From NCBI GenBank assembly GCA_964636275.1, contig CAZWRN010000003.1, forward strand, positions 4,423-68,422: a stretch of 64,000 nucleotides of DNA, given 5' to 3'. Within the stretch, counting starts at the first letter, position 1. Each line of letters begins with the position of its first letter. This document shows, piece after piece, positions 38,619 through 49,383 of this stretch. Both the position numbers and the translations under genes were made by a program. Source of the DNA: an uncultured Gammaproteobacteria bacterium (GTDB lineage Bacteria > Patescibacteriota > Microgenomatia > Daviesbacterales > UBA10151). Under the pieces are notes generated by a model, which worked only from the letters and a program-made list of their open reading frames with translations, had not been told where the DNA came from and ran no database searches.

Positions 38619-40079
38619 TTAAGGTTTTACTTGTACTTGATCTCCTTCAACCACAGTTCGAGATAAAATCACTTCATCATTGGCTCCGATCCCATCGGTT
38701 ACTGCTACAAAACGACCCTGTACTTGTCCCAACTGGATTTTTCTAGATTTAGCTTTACCTTCACTAACAATATAAATCACGGACTCATCCTGAGTCTGAA
38801 AAATAGCATCAAGTGGGATAAATGGCACCACTGAGTTTGTATCTGGAGCACCAACTGGAATATCAATTTGAACAAATGATTTATCAGTAAAAAGCTCTTT
38901 ATATTCATCACCCAATACATATAACACTGAATACATTTGGCCGTTTGTGGCTTCAGAGGAAACATAGTATGGAGCCAAATCCAAAGTCTTTTCACCAATA
39001 TGAATAGTGGATTTTTCAAATTTCGAAATATTTTTAGCTGTTGATGCAGGCACCAAGGCATTTAAAACAATATCATCAGTGGTTTGATTTAAAGTAGCTA
39101 AGACGGTTCCAGGATTTACCGATTCTCCTACTCGAACATGAATTCGCTCAATAGTAGCGGCAAAAGGAGCCGCCGGATACATTTGAGCTTCAGTAATTTG
39201 CGACGCTAAGAGAGACAGATTGGAGATTTGTCTATTTGCCTCTAAAGATTTTTCTTGGATATCTAGATTTTTTAAAGTAATTTCCCTTCCCAAATCAGAC
39301 AATTGAGCTGGTGGTCGATCAGAAGCTGATTGATATTCAGCTTGACGAATTCCCTGTTTCAACTGATTGATAGCACCTAAAAATTGAGCTTTTTGACCAT
39401 TTAAACTAGCCTGAGCGGAACCAGTTGATTGCGAAATCTGTGCATCCAGAGAAGCTAACAAAGACTCATTTAAATCCAGCAAAGACCGAGATTCTTCTAA
39501 AGACCTGTTGGCAATATCACGAAGCTGATCAGCATTAGCATCGGTTCTTTCAGCAACTTCTCTTTGTTTTGAGATTAGATCTTTCTGAGTATCATATGTT
39601 TGATTGGAAAGATTATTTTGTGTCTGAGCAATTTGTCTGGCCACTGACAAAGCGTTTCCACCTTGGTAATTTGAGGCTAAACCGATCAGATTTTGACCTT
39701 TGCTGACAACATCTCCTTCAATTACATTGATATATGAAACAATACCAGGCATCTGGGCTACTACTTTAATCACTCCACTTTTTTCAACCTGAGCCTGTGT
39801 AGAGATTTTTGGTGAAGAACCTATTTTGAAAGTTTGAACAGATTTAACAGTCGCCTGTTTTGGTTGCTCTGTAGGTTTGGCTTTAAAAACAGTACTTCCT
39901 AACACAATCAAAGCTAATAAAATGATAAGTGATAAAAGAAAACTAACAAATGGACGCCTGGAAATAAATTTTGAAATTCTTTGAACACTTTTCTTACCCA
40001 AATAACCAATTCTGGAAAAAAAAGTTTTTACTTTAAGTAAGGATTGATTCATTGATAATTGTTTGTTTGAATTTGCCAT
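38619..40079 (-). CDS. periplasmic adaptor / membrane fusion protein (HlyD-like) of the RND pump
   Basis: N-terminal TM segment, biotin-lipoyl-like segments, and a long coiled-coil. Confidence 0.8.
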   Translation of the reverse strand: MANSNKQLSMNQSLLKVKTFFSRIGYLGKKSVQRISKFISRRPFVSFLLSLIILLALIVLGSTVFKAKPTEQPKQATVKSVQTFKIGSSPKISTQAQVEKSGVIKVVAQMPGIVSYINVIEGDVVSKGQNLIGLASNYQGGNALSVARQIAQTQNNLSNQTYDTQKDLISKQREVAERTDANADQLRDIANRSLEESRSLLDLNESLLASLDAQISQSTGSAQASLNGQKAQFLGAINQLKQGIRQAEYQSASDRPPAQLSDLGREITLKNLDIQEKSLEANRQISNLSLLASQITEAQMYPAAPFAATIERIHVRVGESVNPGTVLATLNQTTDDIVLNALVPASTAKNISKFEKSTIHIGEKTLDLAPYYVSSEATNGQMYSVLYVLGDEYKELFTDKSFVQIDIPVGAPDTNSVVPFIPLDAIFQTQDESVIYIVSEGKAKSRKIQLGQVQGRFVAVTDGIGANDEVILSRTVVEGDQVQVKP

Positions 40080-40089
40080 ATTTTGAAAA

Positions 40090-40116
40090 TTGTATAGAAC
40101 GACAGACTTTATACAA
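40090..40116. promoter_or_regulatory. inverted repeat TTGTATA-N13-TATACAA in the divergent MFP / atpB control region
   Basis: Perfect 7-bp arms at 40090-40096 and 40110-40116. Confidence 0.3.
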
Positions 40117-40240
40117 TATTTTGTACCACGTCAAGATAGAAGAGCCAGTATATATTATTATAGGTCCAAAGTCAATCTCAGTTGTCTTCATTTACGGATC
40201 TATTGCGCCTCAGACTCATTTTTACTACAATTACCGCGTT

Positions 40241-41155
40241 ATGGACGTCCATGCTACAAAAACAAATATTGATCACAATGTACCCAGTGATCTCTCAGAA
40301 CAAATAATTCAAGAAGAACATACTATTGAAAACAATCAACATGCAGCTTCTACTGAAGGTCATCCGACAGGAACTACCGAACATGCTGTCGAAGGAGGCC
40401 ATGGTGAAGGAGGCTCTTCACATATCGTTTTAGCTCCTGAAACATTGGGATATCTTGGACCTTTGCCAGTTACAAACACTTTACTTGTATCATGGATCGT
40501 AATGGCTATTTTGATCGCTTTAAGTATTGCTGCCACCAGAAAAACAGCCTTAGTCCCTGTTTCCCGGCTTCAAGGGATGTTTGAAATAGTGATTGATGCT
40601 GTTTATACCTTAGCCAAAGATTTAGCAGCCGATAAGGCCAAAGTTTTCTTTCCTATTGCACTGACTTTCTTTCTATTCATTTTTACAGCCAATTTATTAG
40701 GGCTTTTTCCAGGATTTGCCACCATTGGATTCAACCGAGTTGAAGAAGGTCATACCGTCTGGATTCCACTTCTGCGTTCTATGGGATCAGATCTAAATAT
40801 GACTTTAGGTCTAGCTTTAGTATCAGCTGGACTCACACACTACTACGCAGTTAAATACCTTGGTGTTGGTGGCTATCTCAAAAAATGGTTTTCTCTCAAT
40901 CCAATAATGCTTTTTGTGGGAGTTTTAGAGCTAGTTTCCGAAGTTACAAAGGTAGTCTCGCTTTCTTTCAGACTTTTTGGTAACATATTCGCCGGAGAGG
41001 TAGTATTAGCCACCATCTCAGGATTACTGGCCTTTATTGCTCCTCTACCGTTTTATTTTCTGGAATTAATTGTTGCATTTGTTCAGGCAGCTGTGTTTAT
41101 GATGCTAACACTAGTATTTATGGCTTTACTGTCTGAAAAACACGAAGCACACTAG
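40241..41155 (+). CDS. atpB: F0F1 ATP synthase subunit a
   Basis: Five TM helices; C-terminus with a conserved Arg/helix-5 pattern. Start trimmed from the spurious 40052 ORF extension. Confidence 0.8.
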   Translation: MDVHATKTNIDHNVPSDLSEQIIQEEHTIENNQHAASTEGHPTGTTEHAVEGGHGEGGSSHIVLAPETLGYLGPLPVTNTLLVSWIVMAILIALSIAATRKTALVPVSRLQGMFEIVIDAVYTLAKDLAADKAKVFFPIALTFFLFIFTANLLGLFPGFATIGFNRVEEGHTVWIPLLRSMGSDLNMTLGLALVSAGLTHYYAVKYLGVGGYLKKWFSLNPIMLFVGVLELVSEVTKVVSLSFRLFGNIFAGEVVLATISGLLAFIAPLPFYFLELIVAFVQAAVFMMLTLVFMALLSEKHEAH

Positions 41156-41190
41156 TAAATAAGCACGAAGCACTAATTTCGAAGCACGAA
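41137..41190 (+). repeat. direct repeats (A)AGCACGAAGCAC x3 spanning the atpB stop codon
   Basis: aaacacgaagcacactag / taagcacgaagcactaa / tcgaagcacgaaataa. Confidence 0.5.
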
Positions 41191-41299
41191 ATAAATTCGA
41201 AATCAAAAAAATTAAATTTAAAACTTTTAATTTTATATTTTGAATTTGTTTCGAATTTCGAGATTCGAATTTCGAATTTATAAAGAAAGGAGTTAATAA
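41160..41299 (+). repeat. intercistronic octamer-repeat element upstream of atpE
   Basis: ...TTTTGAATTTGTTTCGAATTTCGAGATTCGAATTTCGAATTTATAAAGAAAGGAG...ATG. Confidence 0.6.
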
Positions 41300-41500
41300 A
41301 TGGAACTTAATGCTTCATTTACTATTGCTATTGGTGGTATTGCACCAGCTTTGGCAATCGGTTTAATTGGTATGAAAGCTATGGACGCCATCGGACGCAA
41401 TCCTGATGCGCAGTCTAAAGTTCTGCCAGCGATGCTTTTGGGCATGGCTTTTGCAGAAGCTATTGCGATTTACGCTTTAGTTATCGCTTTCACCATGTAA
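41300..41500 (+). CDS. atpE: F0F1 ATP synthase subunit c
   Basis: 66-aa hairpin proteolipid with the conserved carboxylate in FAEAIAIYALV. Confidence 0.9.
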   Translation: MELNASFTIAIGGIAPALAIGLIGMKAMDAIGRNPDAQSKVLPAMLLGMAFAEAIAIYALVIAFTM

Positions 41501-41590
41501 TTCGCTACACAAAAATGGTCATTCTGGTGAGTAGTAGCGGCTCCAGATGTAAATCTGAAATCCAGGATGGCTTAGTTTCAAAAATTTAAC

Positions 41591-42079
41591 GTGGATAAAT
41601 TTATTAGTGATTTTGGGATTCAGCCCATTCTACTTCTAGCACAGATCGTCAATTTTGCGATCTTACTTTTCTTGCTCAAAAAGTTTCTTTATGGCCCAAT
41701 CATTAAAGTATTAGACAAAAGACGTGACACTATTGAGGAAAGTCTCAAAAACGCTGAAGAAATCGAACTAAAACTTGCAAAAACTGAGGAAGAATACCAA
41801 AAAAGAATTGATAAAGCATCTAAAGAATCTCGCGATATGATTGAAGAAACATCCAAAGCCACTCAGCACATGATGGCTGATGCCAAAGCTCAGGCAACTC
41901 TGGAAATGCAGGATATTTTAAAAAAGGGTCAAGAGTCTATTCAAATGGAAAGACAAAAAATGCAACAAGAGATGCGTTCTGAACTCACTCAATTAGTTAT
42001 CAATACACTCGAACAAGTCACTGGTAAAGTAGTATCGAAAAAAGATCAGATCGATATTATTGAAAAAGCAGTTAAATAA
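41591..42079 (+). CDS. atpF: F0F1 ATP synthase subunit b (GTG start)
   Basis: N-terminal TM segment followed by a long charged helix. Confidence 0.75.
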   Translation: MDKFISDFGIQPILLLAQIVNFAILLFLLKKFLYGPIIKVLDKRRDTIEESLKNAEEIELKLAKTEEEYQKRIDKASKESRDMIEETSKATQHMMADAKAQATLEMQDILKKGQESIQMERQKMQQEMRSELTQLVINTLEQVTGKVVSKKDQIDIIEKAVK

Positions 42080-42084
42080 GTGGC

Positions 42085-42161
42085 AAGTCGCCAGAGTCAA
42101 GTGACAAGGATTTTTTTAGTCACCCTAGACTCTTGACTCTAGTCACTTGAAACTAAATCTT
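42085..42161 (+). promoter_or_regulatory. structured intercistronic element: AGAGTCAAG(TGAC) can pair with either CTTGACTCT or GTCACTTGA, and the element ends CACTTGAAACTAAATCTT-ATG
   Basis: 9-bp complementarity 42093-42101 / 42132-42140, or alternatively 42097-42105 / 42142-42150. A near-identical element flanks the four-helix-bundle gene. Confidence 0.5.
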
Positions 42162-42554
42162 ATGAAAAAAAATAAAAAATTAGACAAAATCATCACTCAG
42201 GCCGTCCAGGCTTCTATCAAAAATGGAGCTATTGACCAGACCAAAGTAGCCCAATTTACAAAAAACTTTAAATCTTTCTCTCTCGAAGATGCTGTCTATA
42301 GTCTCAAAAAATACCAAAAAGGGCTGAAAAATTTTATCAGCCAACACACTATGACTATTTTTGCAGCTACTGAACTACCTAAAGAAACTTTAACCAAGAT
42401 TAAAAATTCATACAATTCTAATTCGAAATTAGAAGTTAGAAATTTGAAATTTCATTTAGACTCTTCCCTTTTGGCTGGGTTTAAGTTTAAAATTGGCGAT
42501 GAAGTATATGACAGCTCTCTAAGGAGATCTCTAGAAAAGCTAAAGATCCAATAG
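42162..42554 (+). CDS. atpH: F0F1 ATP synthase subunit delta (OSCP), short form
   Basis: Position between atpF and atpA, helical; 130 aa from the ATG at 42162. Confidence 0.55.
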   Translation: MKKNKKLDKIITQAVQASIKNGAIDQTKVAQFTKNFKSFSLEDAVYSLKKYQKGLKNFISQHTMTIFAATELPKETLTKIKNSYNSNSKLEVRNLKFHLDSSLLAGFKFKIGDEVYDSSLRRSLEKLKIQ

Positions 42555-42667
42555 CTGTCAAAATTCTGATAACTAATTTCTAAAATCTAAACAATTAAAA
42601 TTTTAAAAGTTTAGGTATTTGGATTTATTTAGAAATTAGAAATTCGGATTTAGAAATTTATAAATAT
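42555..42667 (+). repeat. intercistronic octamer-repeat element upstream of atpA
   Basis: ...TTTAGAAATTAGAAATTCGGATTTAGAAATTTATAAATAT-ATG. Confidence 0.6.
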
Positions 42668-44155
42668 ATGGCAAATATTATAGAAGATATTGAAAAAGAT
42701 ATTAAAAACCTGAAGCTAAAAGCTTCCAAGCAAAACGTGGGTACTGTCACTGAAGTTGGTGATGGTATCGCCCGTATTGAAGGACTTTCACAGGTCCAGG
42801 CTTCTGAATTACTAGACTTTGGCAAAGGAATTTTTGGTTTAGCCCTCAATTTAGAAGAATACAATGTTGGTGCTGTTATCTTTGGTGATTACACCCAGGT
42901 AAAAGAAGGTCAGCAAGTCACCACAACCGGAAGAATTTTGGAAGTTCCAGTTGGTGATGAGCTGATTGGCCGAGTTGTTGACCCGCTTGGTCAGCCTCTT
43001 GATGGCAAAGGTCCTATTAAAACCAAAAAAATGTATCCAGTTGAAAAAATTGCTCCTGGTGTGATTACCCGAAAATCAGTCACTGTACCTCTCCAAACTG
43101 GTATTAAAGCAATTGACGGCATGATTCCAGTCGGACGAGGCCAGCGAGAACTGATCATTGGGGATAGAAATACCGGTAAAACAACTATTGCTGTAGATAC
43201 TATCATCAATCAGAAAGATGTGATCTGTATTTATGTGGCAATTGGTCAAAAAGTCTCCAAAATTGCTCAAATCGTAGCTAAACTAGAAGAAACTGGTGCA
43301 ATGAAACATACCGTTGTAGTCCTAGCATCTGCTTCAGATCCAGCACCTTTGCAATTTTTGGCTCCTTACTCTGGTACTTCAATGGGCGAATACTTCATGG
43401 ATCAAGGCCAAGATGCTTTGATTATTTATGACGATTTATCCAAACACGCCAATGCCTACAGACAGATGTCTCTGCTTCTCAGACGCCCTTCCGGACGTGA
43501 AGCTTACCCAGGTGACGTTTTTTACCTGCACTCTCGACTTTTGGAAAGATCAGCTCGACTAAATGAAGATTATGGCGGTGGTTCACTCACAGCTTTGCCA
43601 GTGATTGAAACCCAAGCTGGTGATATTTCAGCTTATATCCCCACCAATGTGATCTCCATTACCGATGGTCAGATCTTTTTAGAGCCGGATCTCTTTTTTG
43701 CCGGCGTCAGACCAGCTATTAGTGTCGGTCTGTCAGTTTCTCGTGTCGGTGGATCAGCTCAAACCAAAGCGATGAAGTCTGTAGCTGGTAAATTAAAGCT
43801 GGAACTGGCTCAGTATCGTTCGTTGCAAGCTTTTGCTCAGTTTTCATCTGATCTTGATCCGCAAACCAGAGCTCAGCTCGAACGAGGAAAAAGAATGTCC
43901 GAGCTCCTCAAACAACCAGCTTATTCCCCTATGCCAATGGAAGAGCAAGTAGTTGTCTTCTGGGCTGCTACCAATGGCTATTTGGACAATATCCCAGTTG
44001 AAAAAGTTCGCGATTTTGAAGTCCGACTTCTCCAAGACATGAAAGCCAGATACAAAAAAGTCATTTCTGAGATTGCAGAAAAAAAGGTTCTGGATGAAAA
44101 ACTAACTAAGGAATTGGAGAAAATCCTTAAAGACTTCACCAAGTCCTTCAAATAA
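42668..44155 (+). CDS. atpA: F0F1 ATP synthase subunit alpha
   Basis: Walker A GDRNTGKT; 495 aa. Confidence 0.95.
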   Translation: MANIIEDIEKDIKNLKLKASKQNVGTVTEVGDGIARIEGLSQVQASELLDFGKGIFGLALNLEEYNVGAVIFGDYTQVKEGQQVTTTGRILEVPVGDELIGRVVDPLGQPLDGKGPIKTKKMYPVEKIAPGVITRKSVTVPLQTGIKAIDGMIPVGRGQRELIIGDRNTGKTTIAVDTIINQKDVICIYVAIGQKVSKIAQIVAKLEETGAMKHTVVVLASASDPAPLQFLAPYSGTSMGEYFMDQGQDALIIYDDLSKHANAYRQMSLLLRRPSGREAYPGDVFYLHSRLLERSARLNEDYGGGSLTALPVIETQAGDISAYIPTNVISITDGQIFLEPDLFFAGVRPAISVGLSVSRVGGSAQTKAMKSVAGKLKLELAQYRSLQAFAQFSSDLDPQTRAQLERGKRMSELLKQPAYSPMPMEEQVVVFWAATNGYLDNIPVEKVRDFEVRLLQDMKARYKKVISEIAEKKVLDEKLTKELEKILKDFTKSFK

Positions 44156-44159
44156 ACTC

Positions 44160-45062
44160 ATGCCTAATACCAGAGAACTCAGACGACGGATCAGATCTGT
44201 CAAAAATACCGCTCAGATCACCAAAGCGATGCAAATGGTCGCTGCTACCAAGATGCGCAAAGCCCAAAACCAAGCTATGGCCGGTCGACCTTACAATTTG
44301 ACACTTAATGAAGCCATGACTCTTCTATTACCCAAACTTAAAGACAACAACCATCCACTTCTCAAAGAGCAAACAAAAGGCAATTCAGCAGTGTTACTCC
44401 TTTCAACTGACAAAGCTCTTTGTGGTTCTTTGAATACCAATTTATTTAGAGCGACTCTCAATTTTATGAAAGATCAAAAAAATAATGTTTTTTACACTCT
44501 TGGTAAAAAAGGTCGACAGTTTTGCGTCAGGTCTGGCTATGATCTAGCTGCAGATTTTGAAAATTCGGACTTAGTCACCTTTAGAACAGCTTCACAAATT
44601 GCTAGACTCGTCACCAAGAGCTTTTTGTCCGGTGAAATAAAAGAGCTTTATATTGTCTACCCGGATTTTGTCTCAGCTCTCAGACAGGAGCCCAAAATCG
44701 TTCGTATTTTACCGGTCGATTTTCAAAACTTAGTTCAAACGCTTACTCCAGAGTTAGCTAACAAAAGTCGTCAGTCGTCAGTCGTCAGTCATCAGCAAAA
44801 CAACTCCGAGTTTCTGTTTGAACCCTCCATTGATGAACTACTGGATTTCATCTTAAACCACTTTGTTCAGGTCAAAATATTCCAGGCTATGATGGAAACC
44901 AAAGCCTCTGAACACTCAGCTAGGATGATCGCCATGCAAAATGCGACAGATAATGCAAAGGAGCTTGTATCTGACCTCACTCTTGCGTATAATCAGACAC
45001 GACAGGCTGCAATTACCAGTGAATTGTTAGAAATAACATCAGCCCAAGCAGCGTTAGAATAG
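44160..45062 (+). CDS. atpG: F0F1 ATP synthase subunit gamma
   Basis: N-terminal RIRSVKNTAQITKAMQMVAATKMRKAQ and a C-terminal helix. Confidence 0.9.
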   Translation: MPNTRELRRRIRSVKNTAQITKAMQMVAATKMRKAQNQAMAGRPYNLTLNEAMTLLLPKLKDNNHPLLKEQTKGNSAVLLLSTDKALCGSLNTNLFRATLNFMKDQKNNVFYTLGKKGRQFCVRSGYDLAADFENSDLVTFRTASQIARLVTKSFLSGEIKELYIVYPDFVSALRQEPKIVRILPVDFQNLVQTLTPELANKSRQSSVVSHQQNNSEFLFEPSIDELLDFILNHFVQVKIFQAMMETKASEHSARMIAMQNATDNAKELVSDLTLAYNQTRQAAITSELLEITSAQAALE

Positions 45063-45098
45063 AGTCAAGTCGCAAGGATCAAGAGTCAAGGATAAGGG

Positions 45099-46854
<1,756 letters not shown>

Positions 46855-46857
46855 CAT

Positions 46858-47523
46858 TTAATACAATTTTAAGAACAAACCTGCTGCGAATGCGATGGAT
46901 GTAAGAATTTGTAGAAATATCTTCTCTCTATTACTAATAAATCCAAAAAGATGAAAAGCACCCAAAATTACGTATAAACTTTGTGTAAAAAATAAATATA
47001 TATAAAAATTCAGCGATAGTGATTTAGCTAGGTTATCTAGTGACAAAATAAGCACAAAATTAACAAAGTATGTATGTAATATATCAATAAAGATTAATTT
47101 CAGTTTTCTTTTTAATTCATTTTTAGACCTTTCAACAAAATATTTATCACCAATTGTATATGCAAGCAGTAAGAGAGGAAAAGTTAAATATTTCAAATAA
47201 CTCCAAAATTCTGTGGTAAATGTTTCATAAGTAAATCTATATAAATTAAAAAGAAAAACTAATATGACTGTTCCAAACACACTGCTAAGAGACCTGCTAA
47301 TACCAGTTTCTTTTATATTGATAAAAAAAATAATCCAAAATGAAATAATAAAATATGTTATTTCCAAACTTAATAAAACTAGTAATAGAAATTGGATGAA
47401 TCTTAAAGGAGAACCACCGAAACCCTGAATTTGCAAAAATAACGCACAAACTACGGCTGTGAAACCAATTAAATCAATCAGTATTTTTTGACCATTATAA
47501 AAAGCAGTTATTTTTTGTTCCAT
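46858..47523 (-). CDS. polytopic membrane protein (about 6 TM), unknown function
   Basis: Hydrophobicity pattern only. Confidence 0.45.
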   Translation of the reverse strand: MEQKITAFYNGQKILIDLIGFTAVVCALFLQIQGFGGSPLRFIQFLLLVLLSLEITYFIISFWIIFFINIKETGISRSLSSVFGTVILVFLFNLYRFTYETFTTEFWSYLKYLTFPLLLLAYTIGDKYFVERSKNELKRKLKLIFIDILHTYFVNFVLILSLDNLAKSLSLNFYIYLFFTQSLYVILGAFHLFGFISNREKIFLQILTSIAFAAGLFLKLY

Positions 47524-47602
47524 AGAATATGATACGGAGTTTCTCCTTTTAGAAAGGGGAAATCAAGATGGACTATATACATTTGGTATATAAAATGGAT
47601 AA

Positions 47603-48358
47603 TTACACAACTTTTTGAAAAACACACCAGTGGTGCCGGCAGTTATACTTTTTTTCAAAGAAAGTGGCCATTTTGGCTACTCTTTCGTGTTCGATGAGCT
47701 TAACTCCACTATACATCTCCTCTATCTCATCCAGATCAAAAGTTTTTTCAAATTTACCTGTTTTAGGATGTAAAAAAGCCCCTTTTTCGGATGCAGGGGA
47801 CTCTTTGATAGTCTGAGCATGGTATTCGTCCTGTGGGGAGAGCAAATAAGCTAAAAGATATCCACCTGGTTTGAGGATTCTGACCATTTCTGTAGCGGCA
47901 AACTTTCTACCAGTGGCATCTTCAATGTCAGTCGTAGCAAAACAATCGATTACTAGATCAAATGAACTGTCAGGAAAATCCCATGGAGTAGTTGCATCAT
48001 GATAATAAAACTCGGTTTTATCTTTCAGTCCAACTCTTTCAGCCCGCTTTTTAGCCTCCTCTATCGCCGTTTTTGAAAAATCTATACCTGTTGAATAAAT
48101 CCCCTGCTTGGCTAGCCAAATAACATTTCTCCCTTTGCCACAGCCAATTTCAATGGCTTTTAAGTTTTTGTAATCATTTTTATTAGCTTTTAACCAGTCG
48201 AGAAATTTAATTATGCCACTCGATCCTTTTTCAGAATCCATTTGCAGTAAGGAGAATGGTTGTGAGTGCTCTTTTTCCCAAATATCCTGCTGGTCTTGAT
48301 GAGAGATATGCTTTGACATTGATCTAAAGATTTTGCGCTTTTGGGGCTGGATATTCAA
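47603..48358 (-). CDS. class I SAM-dependent methyltransferase
   Basis: Motif I IEIGCGKGRN and an acidic residue after beta-2 (GIDFS). Confidence 0.75.
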   Translation of the reverse strand: MNIQPQKRKIFRSMSKHISHQDQQDIWEKEHSQPFSLLQMDSEKGSSGIIKFLDWLKANKNDYKNLKAIEIGCGKGRNVIWLAKQGIYSTGIDFSKTAIEEAKKRAERVGLKDKTEFYYHDATTPWDFPDSSFDLVIDCFATTDIEDATGRKFAATEMVRILKPGGYLLAYLLSPQDEYHAQTIKESPASEKGAFLHPKTGKFEKTFDLDEIEEMYSGVKLIEHERVAKMATFFEKKYNCRHHWCVFQKVV

Positions 48359-48404
48359 GAGGGATGATATATATGTAGTATATACTACGTATAACTATAC
48401 AATT

Positions 48405-49322
48405 TTACTCTTCGCCGTGGAGTTCACTTGGGATAATGCTTAAAACGGCATGTAAAGTATTTAAAAATGTTAATGGATCTTCTTTATGACTTGTTGGCAA
48501 GCCCCAATTTTGAGCATTTTCAGCATGTTCACGCCCATCAAATCCTGGCCAACTTCGGACAAAAATACCTCTTCCAGCATCAAAACTAAGATCAGTAGAG
48601 GTATATTTTCGCACATATCTTTCAAAGACAGCTAAGTTAGTAGTTAAACGATAATTTTCTAAATCCCAAATAGCTGAATATGAAAATTCAGCTAGTTTGT
48701 CTGAACGATCTGATTCAATTGTTGGGGTAAAATTGGTACTCATGAAATCCGCAAATGACGCCCCACCTCTTTGAGTAGCAAAGTTATCCATTTGTTCACG
48801 AGTTTGTTGAGATCCCGAAAAATGAATCTCACGCGGAAAGTTTTGTGCTCCATAGCGAATATAAAGCCGATGACTTGCTGGAAAACCAGGTAGGAGAGCA
48901 TATTTGGCATCATACTGGTTCATTTCAATAAAAGTTTTTTTGATATCTTCAAATTTGAAACATTGAGTTAAAGTTGGATCATCCGGATCTACCAAATCAC
49001 CAGTCTCCCATTTTCTAACTAAATTCTTTCCTCGCAACCAATCAATTTTGTCTTTCCAAGATGGATTAGGTTCAGTATCATGAGCTTCTTTCCATAAATA
49101 AGCAGAACCAATAAGTATCTCTGTTGAAGGTTTAAAAACCTCTGCAACTGCTTCACCCATCAATCCTCGGTTTCCAGGAGCTGCCATACTTCGCCTTACT
49201 ACTTCTCGAATTTCCACTGGACTTGTGCCCTTTAAAATAGGCACTGCAAATTCATTGCTTCTTGGGATATCTGGAAAGTTCGACATATAGTGTATTATAC
49301 TACTATAAGTCTTTTTTTGCAA
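48405..49322 (-). CDS. hypothetical protein (305 aa), no recognised family
   Basis: Long ORF with consistent codon usage; no motif recognised. Confidence 0.5.
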   Translation of the reverse strand: MQKKTYSSIIHYMSNFPDIPRSNEFAVPILKGTSPVEIREVVRRSMAAPGNRGLMGEAVAEVFKPSTEILIGSAYLWKEAHDTEPNPSWKDKIDWLRGKNLVRKWETGDLVDPDDPTLTQCFKFEDIKKTFIEMNQYDAKYALLPGFPASHRLYIRYGAQNFPREIHFSGSQQTREQMDNFATQRGGASFADFMSTNFTPTIESDRSDKLAEFSYSAIWDLENYRLTTNLAVFERYVRKYTSTDLSFDAGRGIFVRSWPGFDGREHAENAQNWGLPTSHKEDPLTFLNTLHAVLSIIPSELHGEE

Positions 49323-49383
49323 AAAAGCTTGGCATTACAGGCTCACAATAAAACTAAAAATCAAATTTTTCATATCAAAAAAG

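Noticed and set aside
40052-40240. N-terminal 63-aa extension of the atpB ORF call (MIIVCLNLPYFENC...).
   Set aside because: It runs through the divergent promoter region and the MFP start. The true atpB start is taken as the ATG at 40241.
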